This document shows positions 1 through 12,179 of a stretch of DNA of 64,000 nucleotides, one piece after another (position 1 is the stretch's first letter; the number at the start of each line of letters is the position of its first letter). Made by a program: the position numbers and the translations under genes. Origin of the DNA: Azolla caroliniana. Lineage: Eukaryota; Plantae; Polypodiophyta. Below the pieces are notes generated by a model. It was not told the DNA's origin. It saw only the letters and a program-made list of their open reading frames with translations, and did not search any database. The stretch lies in the NCBI GenBank assembly GCA_043228905.1, contig JBHGNT010000008.1, forward strand, positions 5,890,001 to 5,954,000, in the 5' to 3' direction.

Positions 1-2117
1 AAACCATCTGAACCATCCCTCAAGATGCCCAAAAGTTATCCACCTTTACCTTGTAAGGGTGGCCCCCCTTACATTATGTGTAAACATTGCTACGAGGTTC
101 TCCGAGTACCCTTATACCTTCCTCCAAATGCAGGGCTCAGACAGCAGTTACAATGTGGTGCGTGCCAGAAAGTGTCCAAATTCTATGTTCCGATTCAAGT
201 CATCAACGTAACTTCCAAGAATGGACACTCTAGCCATGATTATCTATTTAGCATGTCATTCAGAAGTGGCAAGTCCATCCATGGTCTACATCACGACGAC
301 CTATTCAACTCATCTTTCAAGAGTGCCAAGAGTACTGATTCTGCAGCTCATGGGGATCTATACAAATATAGCCCCCAAAGGTTCTTTGAGCATATTGAAC
401 CTGAACAAGATGACTTCTCGGACGACTCTTCTTCGGGTTCACAAAGGTCCCATCATGAATCTTACAATAAAGATAACAAGGAAATGGCATCCCAACCCAT
501 GGAATTACGCCAACGTTCGATAGCTCCGGGTGCCCCACTCATCGATCACTTAACTCGTAGTCTCCGAGATTTGAGTCCTCGCTCGTATAAGAGATTATTA
601 CTCCAAACTTCTATGAGTAAGTCAACTCATCTGGAGGATCATGGTATATCAGTGGATGCCATAACGAAAGAGCCAGAGTATACCACCACAACTAGATCAA
701 CATCAAATGCGAGCTCTTTGTATCATCATATCGATAATCCGGGACAAGGTAATAGAAGCAAAATGTCAATAACATCATCGACTGAAGACGCAAGTAAAGG
801 AGGAACAAGCTCTTATGGTGGGTTGATGAAGGCTCTTAAAGATCTCCGAGGGGGAAATAGTAAAGTCATAGTCAATGGCCACACATTAAAGAAAGAGATG
901 ATCGAGCTGGCTCAGCAAAAAGCTGGAATCATACATCCTGGAACTTACTGGTTAGTCTTTTCTACAAATTCGTTTTTTCTTGTTTTGTCTGTCCAAATGT
1001 GGCGATGTAAGCTGTTTCCGATAAATCCGCATGAAAATGTTACAAAATAATAAGATGATGTGGTTAATGAATGTTGCCCAAACCCTAAACTCGAAATATA
1101 AATCCTACATATCCTATACCTTAGAAACACTTTACCTTTTACTCTTTACCCTTCACTGGATGCCTTTTACCTTATATCTTAATACCTAATACCCTAATAC
1201 CCTAATACCCTTATACCTTATATCGTATACCTTATACCTTATACCTTATACCTAATACCTTATGCCTTTTGCCCTATAGTCTATACCCTATACCCCTGTA
1301 CCCTGAATCCTAAACCGTAAACTATCAGTTCTCAATCCTAACCTTATAATCATCTTGAACTAACTATCCACTGCAGTTTGCAAGCGTTGTCCATGAATTG
1401 GGGTTAAATGAGGCCACTCCATCCTTACCCATGAATGATGTGATAATATGCTTTTGATGTAGGTATGATTATAAAGCTGGTTTTTGGGGTGTTATGGGTG
1501 GACCATGTCAAGGCATAGTTATGGTGAGTCTCGATGGTTTAACCTATAGATGTTAGGTTTTTCTTTTCCACAGAAGTTTGCATAGAACATTGGTCCTTGA
1601 ACTTAATATTCTCGCATGGCAGCCATCCATTGAGGAATTCAATTTTCCCCTTGCTCGAGATTGTTCGGGTGGGAAAACAGGAATTTGCGTGAATGGTCGC
1701 GAGCTTCACGAGAAGGACTTGGAGGTTCTTTCTAGACGAGGGCTGCCAAGAACATATGGAAAGGCATATGATGTTGACATATTTGGAAATGTGACAGATA
1801 CAAACACTGGTCAACCTTTGAAAACCTTAAGGATCTTAGCTCCATCGTAAGCACATTTCATGATTCTCTAAATTGGTTTCTTTAATTGGTTTACTGCATT
1901 TACATGGTCATCCATACATTTTATGCGACTCTCTAGTCCCGTTGTTTATTGGCTTTATATACTTAATGCATACTTTTTCATGATTCCATGCCTTTGTTTG
2001 CTTGTTTAGCTAGTTTGTTGCATTTACAATGCTTACATGGTTAGTAACTTCATTAATTTATGTATTTGTAGAGTTATTAAGAAAGGTCGGGGATGTGGGA
2101 TGTCAGCAAGAACTTAG
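1..2117 (+). CDS. 3' part of a spliced EDR4-like / zinc-ribbon protein gene (C-terminal domain also found in extra-large G proteins); exons <1-950, 1463-1523, 1623-1846, 2072-2117
   Basis: GGPPYIMCKHC...QLQCGAC zinc ribbon. GT-AG introns join PGTYW|YDYKAGFWGVMGGPCQGIVM|PSIEEFNFPLARDCSGGKTGICVNGRELH...LAPS|VIKKGRGCGMSART*, with phases preserved. The frame is open from base 1, so the start probably lies upstream. Confidence 0.85.
1130..1320. repeat. Degenerate 7-8 bp tandem repeat (CCTTATA/CCCTAATA) in intron 1
   Basis: Visible array taccctaataccctaatacccttataccttatatcgtataccttatacc. Confidence 0.75.
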
Positions 2118-3952
2118 GCTGATGAAGCGGTTTACTGGAAGAGATCGACGGCAATGTTTATCTGCATATTTGTTAATGAGAAAAGGTTTCAAGGTTCATT
2201 AATGGCTAAATTCAGCGATCGTGATTCATGATTATTGTTGTATCATAAATACGGTAGGCCATGCTACTTGTTGTTACACTACTACCAAACCTATTCATAT
2301 GATTTGCTACTAACAGTTATTTTTTGCCTTTTTGCAGCTGACGTTTCGTAATATTGTTTTTCAAATGTCAAGTTCGGTTTTGGCGGCTTATTTTTTATCT
2401 GTGATTGATTAAAAACTTTTCTCATTGGTTTATTGATGTAAATGTGAGTACAAAGGTACATTGCCAATTTATGTGATTAAAGATGAAGTTGCCCTTATGT
2501 GAAAAATTTGATGGGATGAAAATGGCTTGCTACTAGTCCTGAACTTTTTTTCAAAGGATTTTCGTCCACACCTGAACATTTCTCAAATTTATTGTTAATA
2601 TACCTTGTAGTCCCAAGATGCTACACTTGCCTGGTTCTTTAGAGTAAAGGTTATCCAATACCATATTATGAAGAGGAGGCAATTGCATGGTTCATAGTTT
2701 TGAATACATCACATTTTCATACCTAGTCAACACATTTGGAGCAAGTGTCTCACTGAGGGAATGGTATTTAGCACAACCCAATATGTAGAATTTTAGAACA
2801 CGTGTCACTTGAGCACAATCGAAGGTGGGAAATAGAAAATATAGTATCTTGATATGGCTGAAGCCAGGAGGCCATGATTTAGAGGTTTCTGAGCACAACC
2901 TTGTACTCATGCTTTGAGAAATTGGAAGAAAACCATTTAATTTTTATGCCCTTCAAAGAGGTTTATACGTACATATTGGGAGCAAGCAAAATGCCTTTAA
3001 ATTTGCACCTCAAAGGAGAAAGGTTCGCATGAGAAATTGAATGTCATCTAGAAATTGTTTGCAAGATGGCATGTTGAAGAATATTTGGATATGCATTTAG
3101 AGGAAAACATTGAGACTCTGCTTTACTTGTTCATAAATTGAAGGCATCCACATGAATGGAGAATATCCTAACGTAGATTTAGGTTGGAGTATTAATGGAG
3201 ATACATTATTACTATGGTTGAGGGTGGCAAATTGATGCCAAAGGTCACATCTTGTAGGATATTGAGGCGAACATGATGTACCATCACATTGATGCCCACA
3301 CAATCACACATTAAAAATAGAAAAAAAAGAACATGCGGCCTAATTTATCTCATCATACCAAAACATAAGCGCATGTCATTTTTGAATGGCTCTCATAAGA
3401 TTGGGAGTCGGTTGTATTTAAAGTGGGAAAAGACAAAATGTGACCTAAATTGATCATTTTGGTTATGTAATTAATGCCAATATGATAATTGAGACAGATT
3501 GTCTCCCTATCATCAACATGATAACAAATTTGTGGTGATGCTACGGTGGGTGGCGCACAAAAAAACACTCAGCTACAAAATTCAACATAACATTAGGTCA
3601 CAATTAAGGGAAATAATGTCATATTATTTGGTGTTAACAAGTTATAACCTAATGAGGCCTAATATTGTGGTGTACCTTTTGACCAAGTGCATGCCTTCAT
3701 GCGGTGGTGTACACCTTTGTTCCTTTGTGCCACCTTTTTAGCATGCATGTAGCCAAACCAACCCAAATGGGTATCTATGTATCCAACTATAAATTGAGCA
3801 TGAAGTAAGATGCAAGGCAAACTAGTTTGGATTCTCTCTGTGCATTTCACAATATTCCCAACCTTGTGTTTGGCCTTTACATGGAGTGAGAGAGATTAAG
3901 ATGAAGAAACGTATTGGGGGGATATCCTTGTGTTTGGCGACTCTTACAATGA

Positions 3953-4400
3953 TGTTACGGGCATGACCATATGATATCCCGCGGTGAGAATTTACCGTAG
4001 TATTCTATACACGTGGATAAGTGTGAGGGTTAAATGAGAGTGTAAAGAAGGGGAGGAATACTTTTAATCCTCAAGATTGACACAACCCGTTAGGCCAAGT
4101 GTGAACTTGCTTGGGGGCCTTGGGTATCGCAATAAATATGAGGCCTAGCGACCCTCATTTCATCATATCTTGACTACGTCGAGACTCTGTTTCGTGGTGG
4201 GTCAACTCTTGTAGCGAGCGTGCCAACACCAAGTACGACTCGACGCCATGGCGGTGGTATGGGATGCCGATCGAGGCTCGAGTCCATCTCAATCCCTTCG
4301 CTCGGGGGTGGTCGGGTGGATCGACACCCTTCTCTCTCTCCTTTCTATCTATCTATCTTTTATCCTTATCATATGGTTACTTTAGATCATAACTCTAATA
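3953..4400 (+). repeat. Element A 5' LTR
   Basis: Matches 33069-33130 plus 56162-56547 and the copy at about 63024-63351. Confidence 0.92.
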
Positions 4401-5658
4401 GTTGGTATCAAAGCTTATGTTTCTAATGTTTCCTTTGTTTGTTTTTGTCTTCTTGATGGATGGTGATCGATCGACGTGCGGTCAACCTTGATCCAGATAG
4501 CAATCAACAAAGGAACTTCGGTAACTCTTTCTTGTTTCTTTTGTATTTTTTCTTCTCCCATCTAATCATGTATATGGTCAATATGTTTTTTTTTTTTCAT
4601 TTATTCAATGATGTTGTAGTGGTAATTAATTGGTTGTATAAAACGTTTACATATGTGTATGTGGTCAATACCTCATTTCACATATATTTAATATGTGATT
4701 AATGTCGTATGCGTAAGAGGTTTGATACCTCAATTGCATATTACTTTCACATACATATGTTACGTATGCGTATGAGGTCAATACCTCGATTTTTTGTAAA
4801 TGATATGCGTTTGGTGTCGTATGCGTAAGAGGTCAATACCTCAATTGCGTATTATGATTAACCCTTATTATTGGATGTTTCGTGTGCATAAAGGCTATAT
4901 GTGTTGTCCGCCGGAATAGTAACCGACGGACAGGAGTGCAAAAATATAGAATATAGTAAAAACGTAACACATGTAAACGGTTCACGTGGGAAGCGAGAAC
5001 GGCTAAAAGACCATGTGTATATAAAGGGCAGAAATCCTCTGATAGAGGTCGCGTGTAATTTTGAATGCAGAAAGCGTATCTTAATAGACTTCTATCTTCT
5101 CTGATCCCTATGCGTATCTGTGGTTAATCTACTGTGTGTCTGTGATTCTTGGTGGTGTAGCGTAGTCGTAAGAGCGTAGGCGTGAGTGACAGCGTGGTTA
5201 CTAGTCCATTGTCTAAGGAGTTCGGTTGTAGACGTCTCCCTTATACGCTACTAGGATACGGGAGGTATCTCATTAAGTATTACGCTACGACGGTACCATT
5301 TGTTGCAACACAGTCACTTTGAGGTCTAGGTCGAAGGACTGACTGTAGACCGTGTTCCTAATCGGTAACACTTTTGGCACGCTTGGTGATTTGTGTCTCC
5401 TCACAGACGAACCGTGACGAAGGGATATTTAGCTACAGACGCCCCAGAGAACCAACACGACAAGACCGACCAATCACACGTTCCATCACACGCCAGGCAG
5501 CGGAATGCGCACGGCAAAAACCTCGCCTCAGTGACCTCAGTGATACTTGTCGGGACCACAAAGATGATTTCTCGCTCCCCAAATACCTCAACGACAAGCA
5601 GGAAGCGTGCTCACCACATAAGCACTGTGGTCTTTCTCTGCCCGTCATAGCATCCAAC

Positions 5659-6884
5659 ATGGCCTTCTCTTATCCCCGCTTCAATAGCGAAACCAATGCC
5701 GCAACCCACATTCGACTGTTCCTTAATGTTTGGAATGCAAACCACATGGTGCAGAGCCTTTCCGAAGGAGTAGCGTACCAGTCCAAAATGATAGAGTTCG
5801 GATTAACCCTGGATGGGAGAGCGATATTTTGGCATTCGCAGATGGATCTGCCAGCAATCACGACCTCTGACCAGCTGCAGTTGGCCTTTCTACGTGTTTT
5901 TCATCGGAGGGTGCCGCAATGCAAAATCCTCGGGCAGTTTTACACAATTAAACAGTTGCCGGCCGAGACGGTAGCGGATTTCAGTTTATGCTTCCAAAAT
6001 CTACGACGGAAATTAGAACAGGGCCCGACGGAGGACGAGGCTCGGGAGACATTTCTGGTAGCTTTACGACGACCGATACGAACGATGCTCAACAACAATA
6101 GTGTGAAAGGAGAAACAACCGATATGGTCATAGAACGAGCAGTACAGCTCGAGCTGGATGAAGAAGAGGAAAGGTTTTCCATGTCCTCATTACGACGAGC
6201 GTTACCTCAGGACGAGGAACGACATTTTCGCCAGGCAATCTAGTGCACGATTTGCTTAAATTCGGGGCATTCCACAATCGAATGCAACATATGAATCCAC
6301 TGCCCAATCTGTCACTCGAAAAGCTCACACATTGAGCAGTGTGAGTACAATATGTTGAACAGATCCACGCCCACAGTACGAAGCGTGGAAACACAACGTC
6401 CCCCTCGCCGTAATGAGCAAAGGCGCCAAGAAGAACGACCTTGGTATACGGAGCAGAACCCACGCGATGACCAGCACTACCGGAATCGCCAGAATAACAA
6501 TGATTCCGAAGAAGAAGAGCCGGAGGACGAAGACTACCGGGCCAACCGTAGATATAATAAAGGAGGCCGATGCTACGAGAATTACTGTCCAACGAACAAA
6601 TGGGGAAGCTTCAATGGGCCTCGCGGGAAACATCGTCAGTATCAGGACCAACGGCGGTACGATGAAAGTTCGGGCGATGACCGACACAAGGAACCGCACG
6701 GGGACCAACAACAACAACCATGTATGCTCAGAAGAATGAATCAGGACCGGGAGGAGCAAGTCACACCCGGGGATCGGCACACACCACCAGTTGGTGAGAA
6801 AGGCGAATCTAGCGTCCATTGTTTTGTTTGCCAACAGCTAGGACATTATGCCACACAATGTCTGCTACGCAAAGGCAAGGGACC
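5659..6884 (+). pseudogene. gag: Element B gag (stops; interrupted by C)
   Basis: Gag-like FSYPRF...FGLTLDGRAIFW; CCHC knuckles CTICLNSGHSTIEC, CPICHSK-H---QC and CFVCQQLGHYATQC. Confidence 0.8.
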
Positions 6885-6958
6885 TGTCAAGATTCGAACT
6901 CTTGACACGACCATGTTATAATCTACTATTATGAGTTAACCAAGATATCTAGTACTAG
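6885..6958 (-). promoter_or_regulatory. tRNA-like A/B-box module in C LTR (copy 11822-11895)
   Basis: Minus strand TAGATATCTTGG...CAAGAGTTCGAATCTTG. Confidence 0.45.
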
Positions 6959-7287
6959 TTATGTATGTAATTGTTCCTTATTATTTTGCTAGCATCATGT
7001 GCATAGTTGCTCCCTTGTAGTATTTACACTTGGCACATGCATGCATACCTACATGCTCTATTGTAGATTCACATGCGTGCAACAAGTATGCATGCCATGT
7101 AGTATAAATAGAGGAGTTCACCTTGAAGGAATTCAAGGTGAACAACACCAGTTATGGAGTCTTTCCTTTAGTACTATATTCTTTCTTGTCCATTTGGTTA
7201 TCTTCTTGGTTGTCTCTTGAGTTTATGATCCGTGACAGTTTGTTCACCTTCCCATCCTCATAGCTCTCCCTCTCATAAGCCATAGCT

Positions 7288-8304
7288 ATGTCCGACTCAA
7301 CTAGTGAGTTAGGCCAAATAATGGTAGCCTTACGACAACTACAACTTGAAAATGAAGCTCTTCGAAATTCTTTACAAGAACTTCAAGTCGGTACCTCCTT
7401 ATCCTCACAACCCCCGAACCCTAGTCTCCCACAACAACCTAGCCTAGAGCCCGACCTTCTACCAACATCTAGCCTAGCTTCGTCACAGTTTCTTGAGCCT
7501 AAGGTTAGCCTCCCAGAAAAATTTGATGGAACGAGGTCGCGTTTCCGAGGGTTCATCAACCAAGTTCGACTTATCATTCGGCTACAACCTCAACGTTATG
7601 GAGATGGTCTTCGACAAGTCGGTCTTGTGGGCACCCTTCTCTCCGGTCCGGCCCAAGCTTGGTTTGCACCATTGGTAGAAACCTCATCACCTTTATTGGA
7701 GGACTTTCCCGCCTTCCTCGCCGAGTTAGAGGCCACATTTGGAGAGACGGACCGACGACGTACAACTCTTAACAAGATTTATGCACTCAAACAAGGTTCA
7801 CGTGCAGCTTCGGTCTATGCTTCCGAATTTCGACAACTAGCATGCGACGTCAATTGGGATGATCAAGCTTTAGTTGATCACTTTCGGCGTGGTCTTCGAA
7901 GCAATGTCAAGAATCTTCTCTTAAACTTTCCGGAGCCCACCTCGTTATCCCAAGCGATTTCACAAGAAGTCCATTGTGACAATCGTCTTTTCGAATTTCG
8001 CCAAGAAGAGCGCCGGACTTGGGTTCCACCTCATTCACTTCCACGCCACGCCCCGGTCATACAACCCCAAGCATCCTCACACTCGCCTACTTCGGCAGAT
8101 GCTCCTGTCCCCATGGAAATTGATAAAGCCCGATTTCGGCCATTGACTGATGCTGAACGACAATTTCGGCGGGCTAATGGCTTGTGCATGTATTGTGGCG
8201 CCTCTAGTCATGTCGTTCGCCATTGTCCTAGGAGTACTCGCCCACAATTCCATCGAGCTAACGGACCCCAACATCCGGAAAACGACATCGTTCGGTTGCA
8301 GTAG
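7288..8304 (+). CDS. gag: Element C Gag
   Basis: 338 aa; PEKFDGTRS, PVPMEID, CMYCGASSHVVRHC knuckle. Confidence 0.93.
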   Translation: MSDSTSELGQIMVALRQLQLENEALRNSLQELQVGTSLSSQPPNPSLPQQPSLEPDLLPTSSLASSQFLEPKVSLPEKFDGTRSRFRGFINQVRLIIRLQPQRYGDGLRQVGLVGTLLSGPAQAWFAPLVETSSPLLEDFPAFLAELEATFGETDRRRTTLNKIYALKQGSRAASVYASEFRQLACDVNWDDQALVDHFRRGLRSNVKNLLLNFPEPTSLSQAISQEVHCDNRLFEFRQEERRTWVPPHSLPRHAPVIQPQASSHSPTSADAPVPMEIDKARFRPLTDAERQFRRANGLCMYCGASSHVVRHCPRSTRPQFHRANGPQHPENDIVRLQ

Positions 8305-8309
8305 GAGCC

Positions 8310-11300
8310 ATGCAACTGGACATCTCCCGTCGCCCACATTCTCTTGGTTCCATTGCCGGACCATCAGGCAATTTCACATTGGAGGTATGGCTTTCGTTTA
8401 ACTCTAGTTCCATTCAGTCTGTTGCTTTACTTGATTCTGGGGCATCTTCTTGCTTCATCGACGTCGCGTTTGCCCAAGCACATGGCGTACCTGTCGTTGG
8501 CCTCTCAAAACCCATTCCAGTTGAAGCCATCTACGGGTGCGTCCTCTCGTCAGGTGCAATTACTCAAGCTACAATCCCATTAGGGCTTCGGGTGGGCTCA
8601 CACCAAGAGGAGCTCACCTTTTACCTCATCGCATCTCCTCGACATCCGATTGTCTTAGGACTAACGTGGTTGGAGGCGCACAATCCAATAGTAGATTGGT
8701 GCAACCGCTCGATCACATTTAGCAAGCCAAGATGCTCGTGCAAAAGTATGAAGGTAAATTCAGTTTCCTATCCTTCGGAGACGGTCGACTCCGAATTGAC
8801 TACCCCATCATCCGTCCAGGATGGGTTTGTTTGTGGCGCCATTTCTAACACACTCCATGTTATTCCCGAAAAATACCAACACTTCTCCGACGTATTTGAA
8901 AAATGTAATGCTGATCGGTTGCCTGAACACCGGCTCTACGACTGTCCGATTGATCTTCAAGAAGGTGCGTGTCCACCCTTTGGTCCTCTATATGCGTTGT
9001 CTGCACCAGAGTTGAAGGCCCTTCGTGTGTATCTTGATGAGAACCTCGCGAAAGGCTTTATTCAACCTTCTAAGTCACCAGCCGGGGCCCCCATTTTATT
9101 TGTGAAGAAGAAGGACGGCTCTCTACGCTTATGCGTCGACTACCGAGGTCTCAACAAACTCACTGTGCGCAACCGCTATCCGCTACCTCTGATCCCCGAA
9201 CTCCTTGATTGGCTCCGAGTTGCGCGTGTCTTCTCCAAAGTTGATCTGCGTGGCGCGTACAATCTAGTACGCATCAAGCCGGGGGATGAATGGAAAACCG
9301 CATTTCGAACACGGTATGGGCATTTCGAATACAAGGTAATGCCTTTTGGTCTTACTAACGCTCCCGCAGTTTTTCAACATATGATGAACGATATTTTCCG
9401 GGAATATCTTGATCTTTTTGTTGTCATTTACCTCGATGATATTCTCATTTTCTCGCCAAACATGGAGGAGCACACTCGCCAAGTCCGATTAGTTCTGGCC
9501 AAACTTCGCGAGCATGGCCTTTATGCCAAAGGCGAGAAATGCGAGTTCGACCGTACCTCGATCGAATTTCTGGGCTACATCATCTCGCCCACTGGCATCA
9601 CCATGGATATGAAGAAGGTCTCTGTCATTCAGGCGTGGGCGACTCCAAGGCGACTTAAAGATGTGCAATCCTTCCTTGGCTTCGCAAATTTTTACCGTCG
9701 CTTCATCAAGGGGTTTTCCACCCTAGCACAACCTCTTATCGCTCTCACCCATAAGGGCACTCCATTTTTATGGACCTCGGAGGCACAAAATGCGTTCGAC
9801 TCACTCAAACACGCATTCATCACTGCCCCGGTGCTGCTACATGCCGACCCCACAAAACCCTTCCAAGTCGAAACCGATGCCTCTAACTTTGCCATTGGCG
9901 CCATCTTATCCCAAGCAGACGACAACAACCTAATGCACCCAGTGGCTTACTATTCCCGAAAATTTACGGCATCCGAAATCAATTATCCCATTTACGACAA
10001 GGAGCTTGCTGCTATCATTGCTGCCTTTGAAGAATGGCGACCCTACTTGGCCGGCGCACAACATCGTGTCCAGGTAGTGACTGATCATAAAAATTTAGTT
10101 TATTTTTCCACCACTCGTACTTTGAATCGAAGGCAGGCCCGTTGGTCTACATTTCTCGCTGACTACGATTTTGAGATTGTATTTCGACCTGGTGGCCAAC
10201 ATGGGAAGGCTGATGCCCTTTCTCGCCGAGCTGACCTTGCACTCCGCCCTGGGGATGCTGCTTATGCTCAACAATCTAGACGTTTGTTGAAACCCGACCA
10301 ATTGCATATGTTTGCCACTTGTATGTTGCAGGATGATTCTTTACTCCAACAAATCACTGATGCATCCAAGACCGATGCGTTCGCCAACGAGATTCGAGAT
10401 AGTCTGCAAAACCCCTCCAAGGCGACCAAAAGGAAGGATCTTGACACCTTCACCATACAAGAGGGGTTGTTGTTCCGAGATCATCTCTTATACGTCCCAG
10501 AGGGCCCATGTCGCACCCGGGTGTTGCGGGAATGCCACGATGACCCACTTGCAGGTCATTTCGGGGTCGCGAAAACCCTCGAGCTAATCTCTCGGGGGTA
10601 TTGGTGGCCACAACCATGGAAGCTGGTCAAAGAATACATAAAGAGTTGTGAGGTTTGTGCTCGCTCCAAAGCCATTCATCATCGGCCATACGGCTTACTA
10701 CAGCCGCTTCCATGTCCTCGTCGTCCTTGGGCCTCTATCTCTATGGACCTGATAACTGATCTACCCTTGGTCAATAGTTATGACTCAGTGTTGGTCGTTG
10801 TCGATCGGTTTACGAAGATGGCTCACTTCACTCCATGCTCCAAAACCATTTCCGGAGAAGGAATGGTGCATCTCCTACTCAACAATGTAGTACGCTTGCA
10901 TGGACTCCCCGATGATGTCATCTCGGATCGCGGACCCCAGTTTGTCTCTCACTTCTGGCAGCGCCTGCTACAAACTTTAGGCATCTCTGTCAAGTTGTCC
11001 TCCGCTTATCACCCCCAAACTGACGGGCAAACGGAGCGTGTCAACCAAATCCTTGAGCAGTATCTTCGGTGCTCGGTTAGTTACCAACAAGATGATTGGG
11101 TCAACTTACTTTCGCTCGCGGAATTCGCCTACAATAATTCTCTCCATGCATCGACTGGCGTCACTCCCTTCTTTGCCAACTATGGTTTACATCCTCGCTT
11201 CAACATTTCCCTTCCTACCACTTCCGTGAACCCTTCGGCGGAGGATCGTGCCCGCATTTTGGAAGAAGTACATCATGATTTATCCTTGGAGCTTAGTCTT

Positions 11301-11858
11301 GCTAATGAACGATACAAGAAGCAGGCTGATCGCCATCGATCTTCCACTCCACACTTTGTCGTTGGAGACATGGTCTGGTTGTTACGTCGACACATCTCTA
11401 CTACTCGTCCATGTGCGAAACTTGATTACAAGAAGTTGGGACCATTCCGTATCATCGAGTGCATCAATCCCGTCGCCTTCCGGCTCGCCCTTCCATCCCA
11501 CTTCCGGATTCACGATGTTTTTCATGTCTCCCTCCTCGAACCCCATTATGCTTCACAACTCCCAGGACGTCAAGCCCCACCACCACCACCTGTGCAATTG
11601 ACGACAGGGGAGGAATACGAGGTCGACCAAATCCTTGACTCGCGTTGGCACCGTCGACACTTGCAATACCTCGTCCTATGGAGGGGTTACCCCATGTCTG
11701 AGGCCACATGGGAACCATCGGCAAATTTACAAAATGCCCCAGAGGTCGTCCAAGATTTTCATCACCGATATCCCCACAAACCAGCAGCCGATTTGGGAAG
11801 GCGGCGTAAGAGGGGGGATAATGTCAAGATTCGAACTCTTGACACGACCATGTTATAA
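8310..11858 (+). CDS. pol: Element C Pol (protease, RT, RNase H, integrase, chromodomain); probably reached by -1 frameshift
   Basis: LLDSGA, YLDD, ETDAS, HHCC and DDE integrase, GPF motif, EYEVDQILDSR...YLVLWRGY...TWEP; uninterrupted 1182 aa. Confidence 0.96.
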   Translation: MQLDISRRPHSLGSIAGPSGNFTLEVWLSFNSSSIQSVALLDSGASSCFIDVAFAQAHGVPVVGLSKPIPVEAIYGCVLSSGAITQATIPLGLRVGSHQEELTFYLIASPRHPIVLGLTWLEAHNPIVDWCNRSITFSKPRCSCKSMKVNSVSYPSETVDSELTTPSSVQDGFVCGAISNTLHVIPEKYQHFSDVFEKCNADRLPEHRLYDCPIDLQEGACPPFGPLYALSAPELKALRVYLDENLAKGFIQPSKSPAGAPILFVKKKDGSLRLCVDYRGLNKLTVRNRYPLPLIPELLDWLRVARVFSKVDLRGAYNLVRIKPGDEWKTAFRTRYGHFEYKVMPFGLTNAPAVFQHMMNDIFREYLDLFVVIYLDDILIFSPNMEEHTRQVRLVLAKLREHGLYAKGEKCEFDRTSIEFLGYIISPTGITMDMKKVSVIQAWATPRRLKDVQSFLGFANFYRRFIKGFSTLAQPLIALTHKGTPFLWTSEAQNAFDSLKHAFITAPVLLHADPTKPFQVETDASNFAIGAILSQADDNNLMHPVAYYSRKFTASEINYPIYDKELAAIIAAFEEWRPYLAGAQHRVQVVTDHKNLVYFSTTRTLNRRQARWSTFLADYDFEIVFRPGGQHGKADALSRRADLALRPGDAAYAQQSRRLLKPDQLHMFATCMLQDDSLLQQITDASKTDAFANEIRDSLQNPSKATKRKDLDTFTIQEGLLFRDHLLYVPEGPCRTRVLRECHDDPLAGHFGVAKTLELISRGYWWPQPWKLVKEYIKSCEVCARSKAIHHRPYGLLQPLPCPRRPWASISMDLITDLPLVNSYDSVLVVVDRFTKMAHFTPCSKTISGEGMVHLLLNNVVRLHGLPDDVISDRGPQFVSHFWQRLLQTLGISVKLSSAYHPQTDGQTERVNQILEQYLRCSVSYQQDDWVNLLSLAEFAYNNSLHASTGVTPFFANYGLHPRFNISLPTTSVNPSAEDRARILEEVHHDLSLELSLANERYKKQADRHRSSTPHFVVGDMVWLLRRHISTTRPCAKLDYKKLGPFRIIECINPVAFRLALPSHFRIHDVFHVSLLEPHYASQLPGRQAPPPPPVQLTTGEEYEVDQILDSRWHRRHLQYLVLWRGYPMSEATWEPSANLQNAPEVVQDFHHRYPHKPAADLGRRRKRGDNVKIRTLDTTML

Positions 11859-12179
11859 TCTACTATTATGAGTTAACCAAGATATCTAATACTAGTTATG
11901 TATGTAATTGTTCCTTATTATTTTGCTAGCATCATGTGCATAGTTGCTCCCTTGTAGTATTTACACTTGGCACATGCATGCATACCTACATGCTCTATTG
12001 TAGATTCACATGCGTGCAACAAGTATGCATGCCATGTAGTATAAATAGAGGAGTTCACCTTGAAGGAATTCAAGGTGAACAACACCAGTTATGGAGTCTT
12101 TCCTTTAGTACTATATTCTTTCTTGTCCATTTGGTTATCTTCTTGGTTGTCTCTTGAGTTTATGATCCGTGACAGGACC

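Larger units (their letters stand above)
6885..12174 (+). mobile_element. Element C: intact, very young Tcn1/Tf1-type chromovirus
   Basis: 353-bp LTRs 6885-7237 and 11822-12174 with one mismatch seen; TSD GGACC; PPT AAGAGGGGGGA; no TGG-type tRNA PBS. Confidence 0.96.

Noticed and set aside
951-1050. C-terminal extension of ORF 25..1050
   Set aside because: Read-through into the intron; homology continues at 1463 after a GT donor at 951.
1130-1320. Interstitial telomere
   Set aside because: Units are mostly CCTTATA/CCTAATA rather than CCCTAAA.
4025-4100. A-box TGGCCTAACGG on the minus strand of the A LTR as another tRNA-like module
   Set aside because: The B box is weak (A/GTTTAACCC) and about 50 nt away; not enough support.
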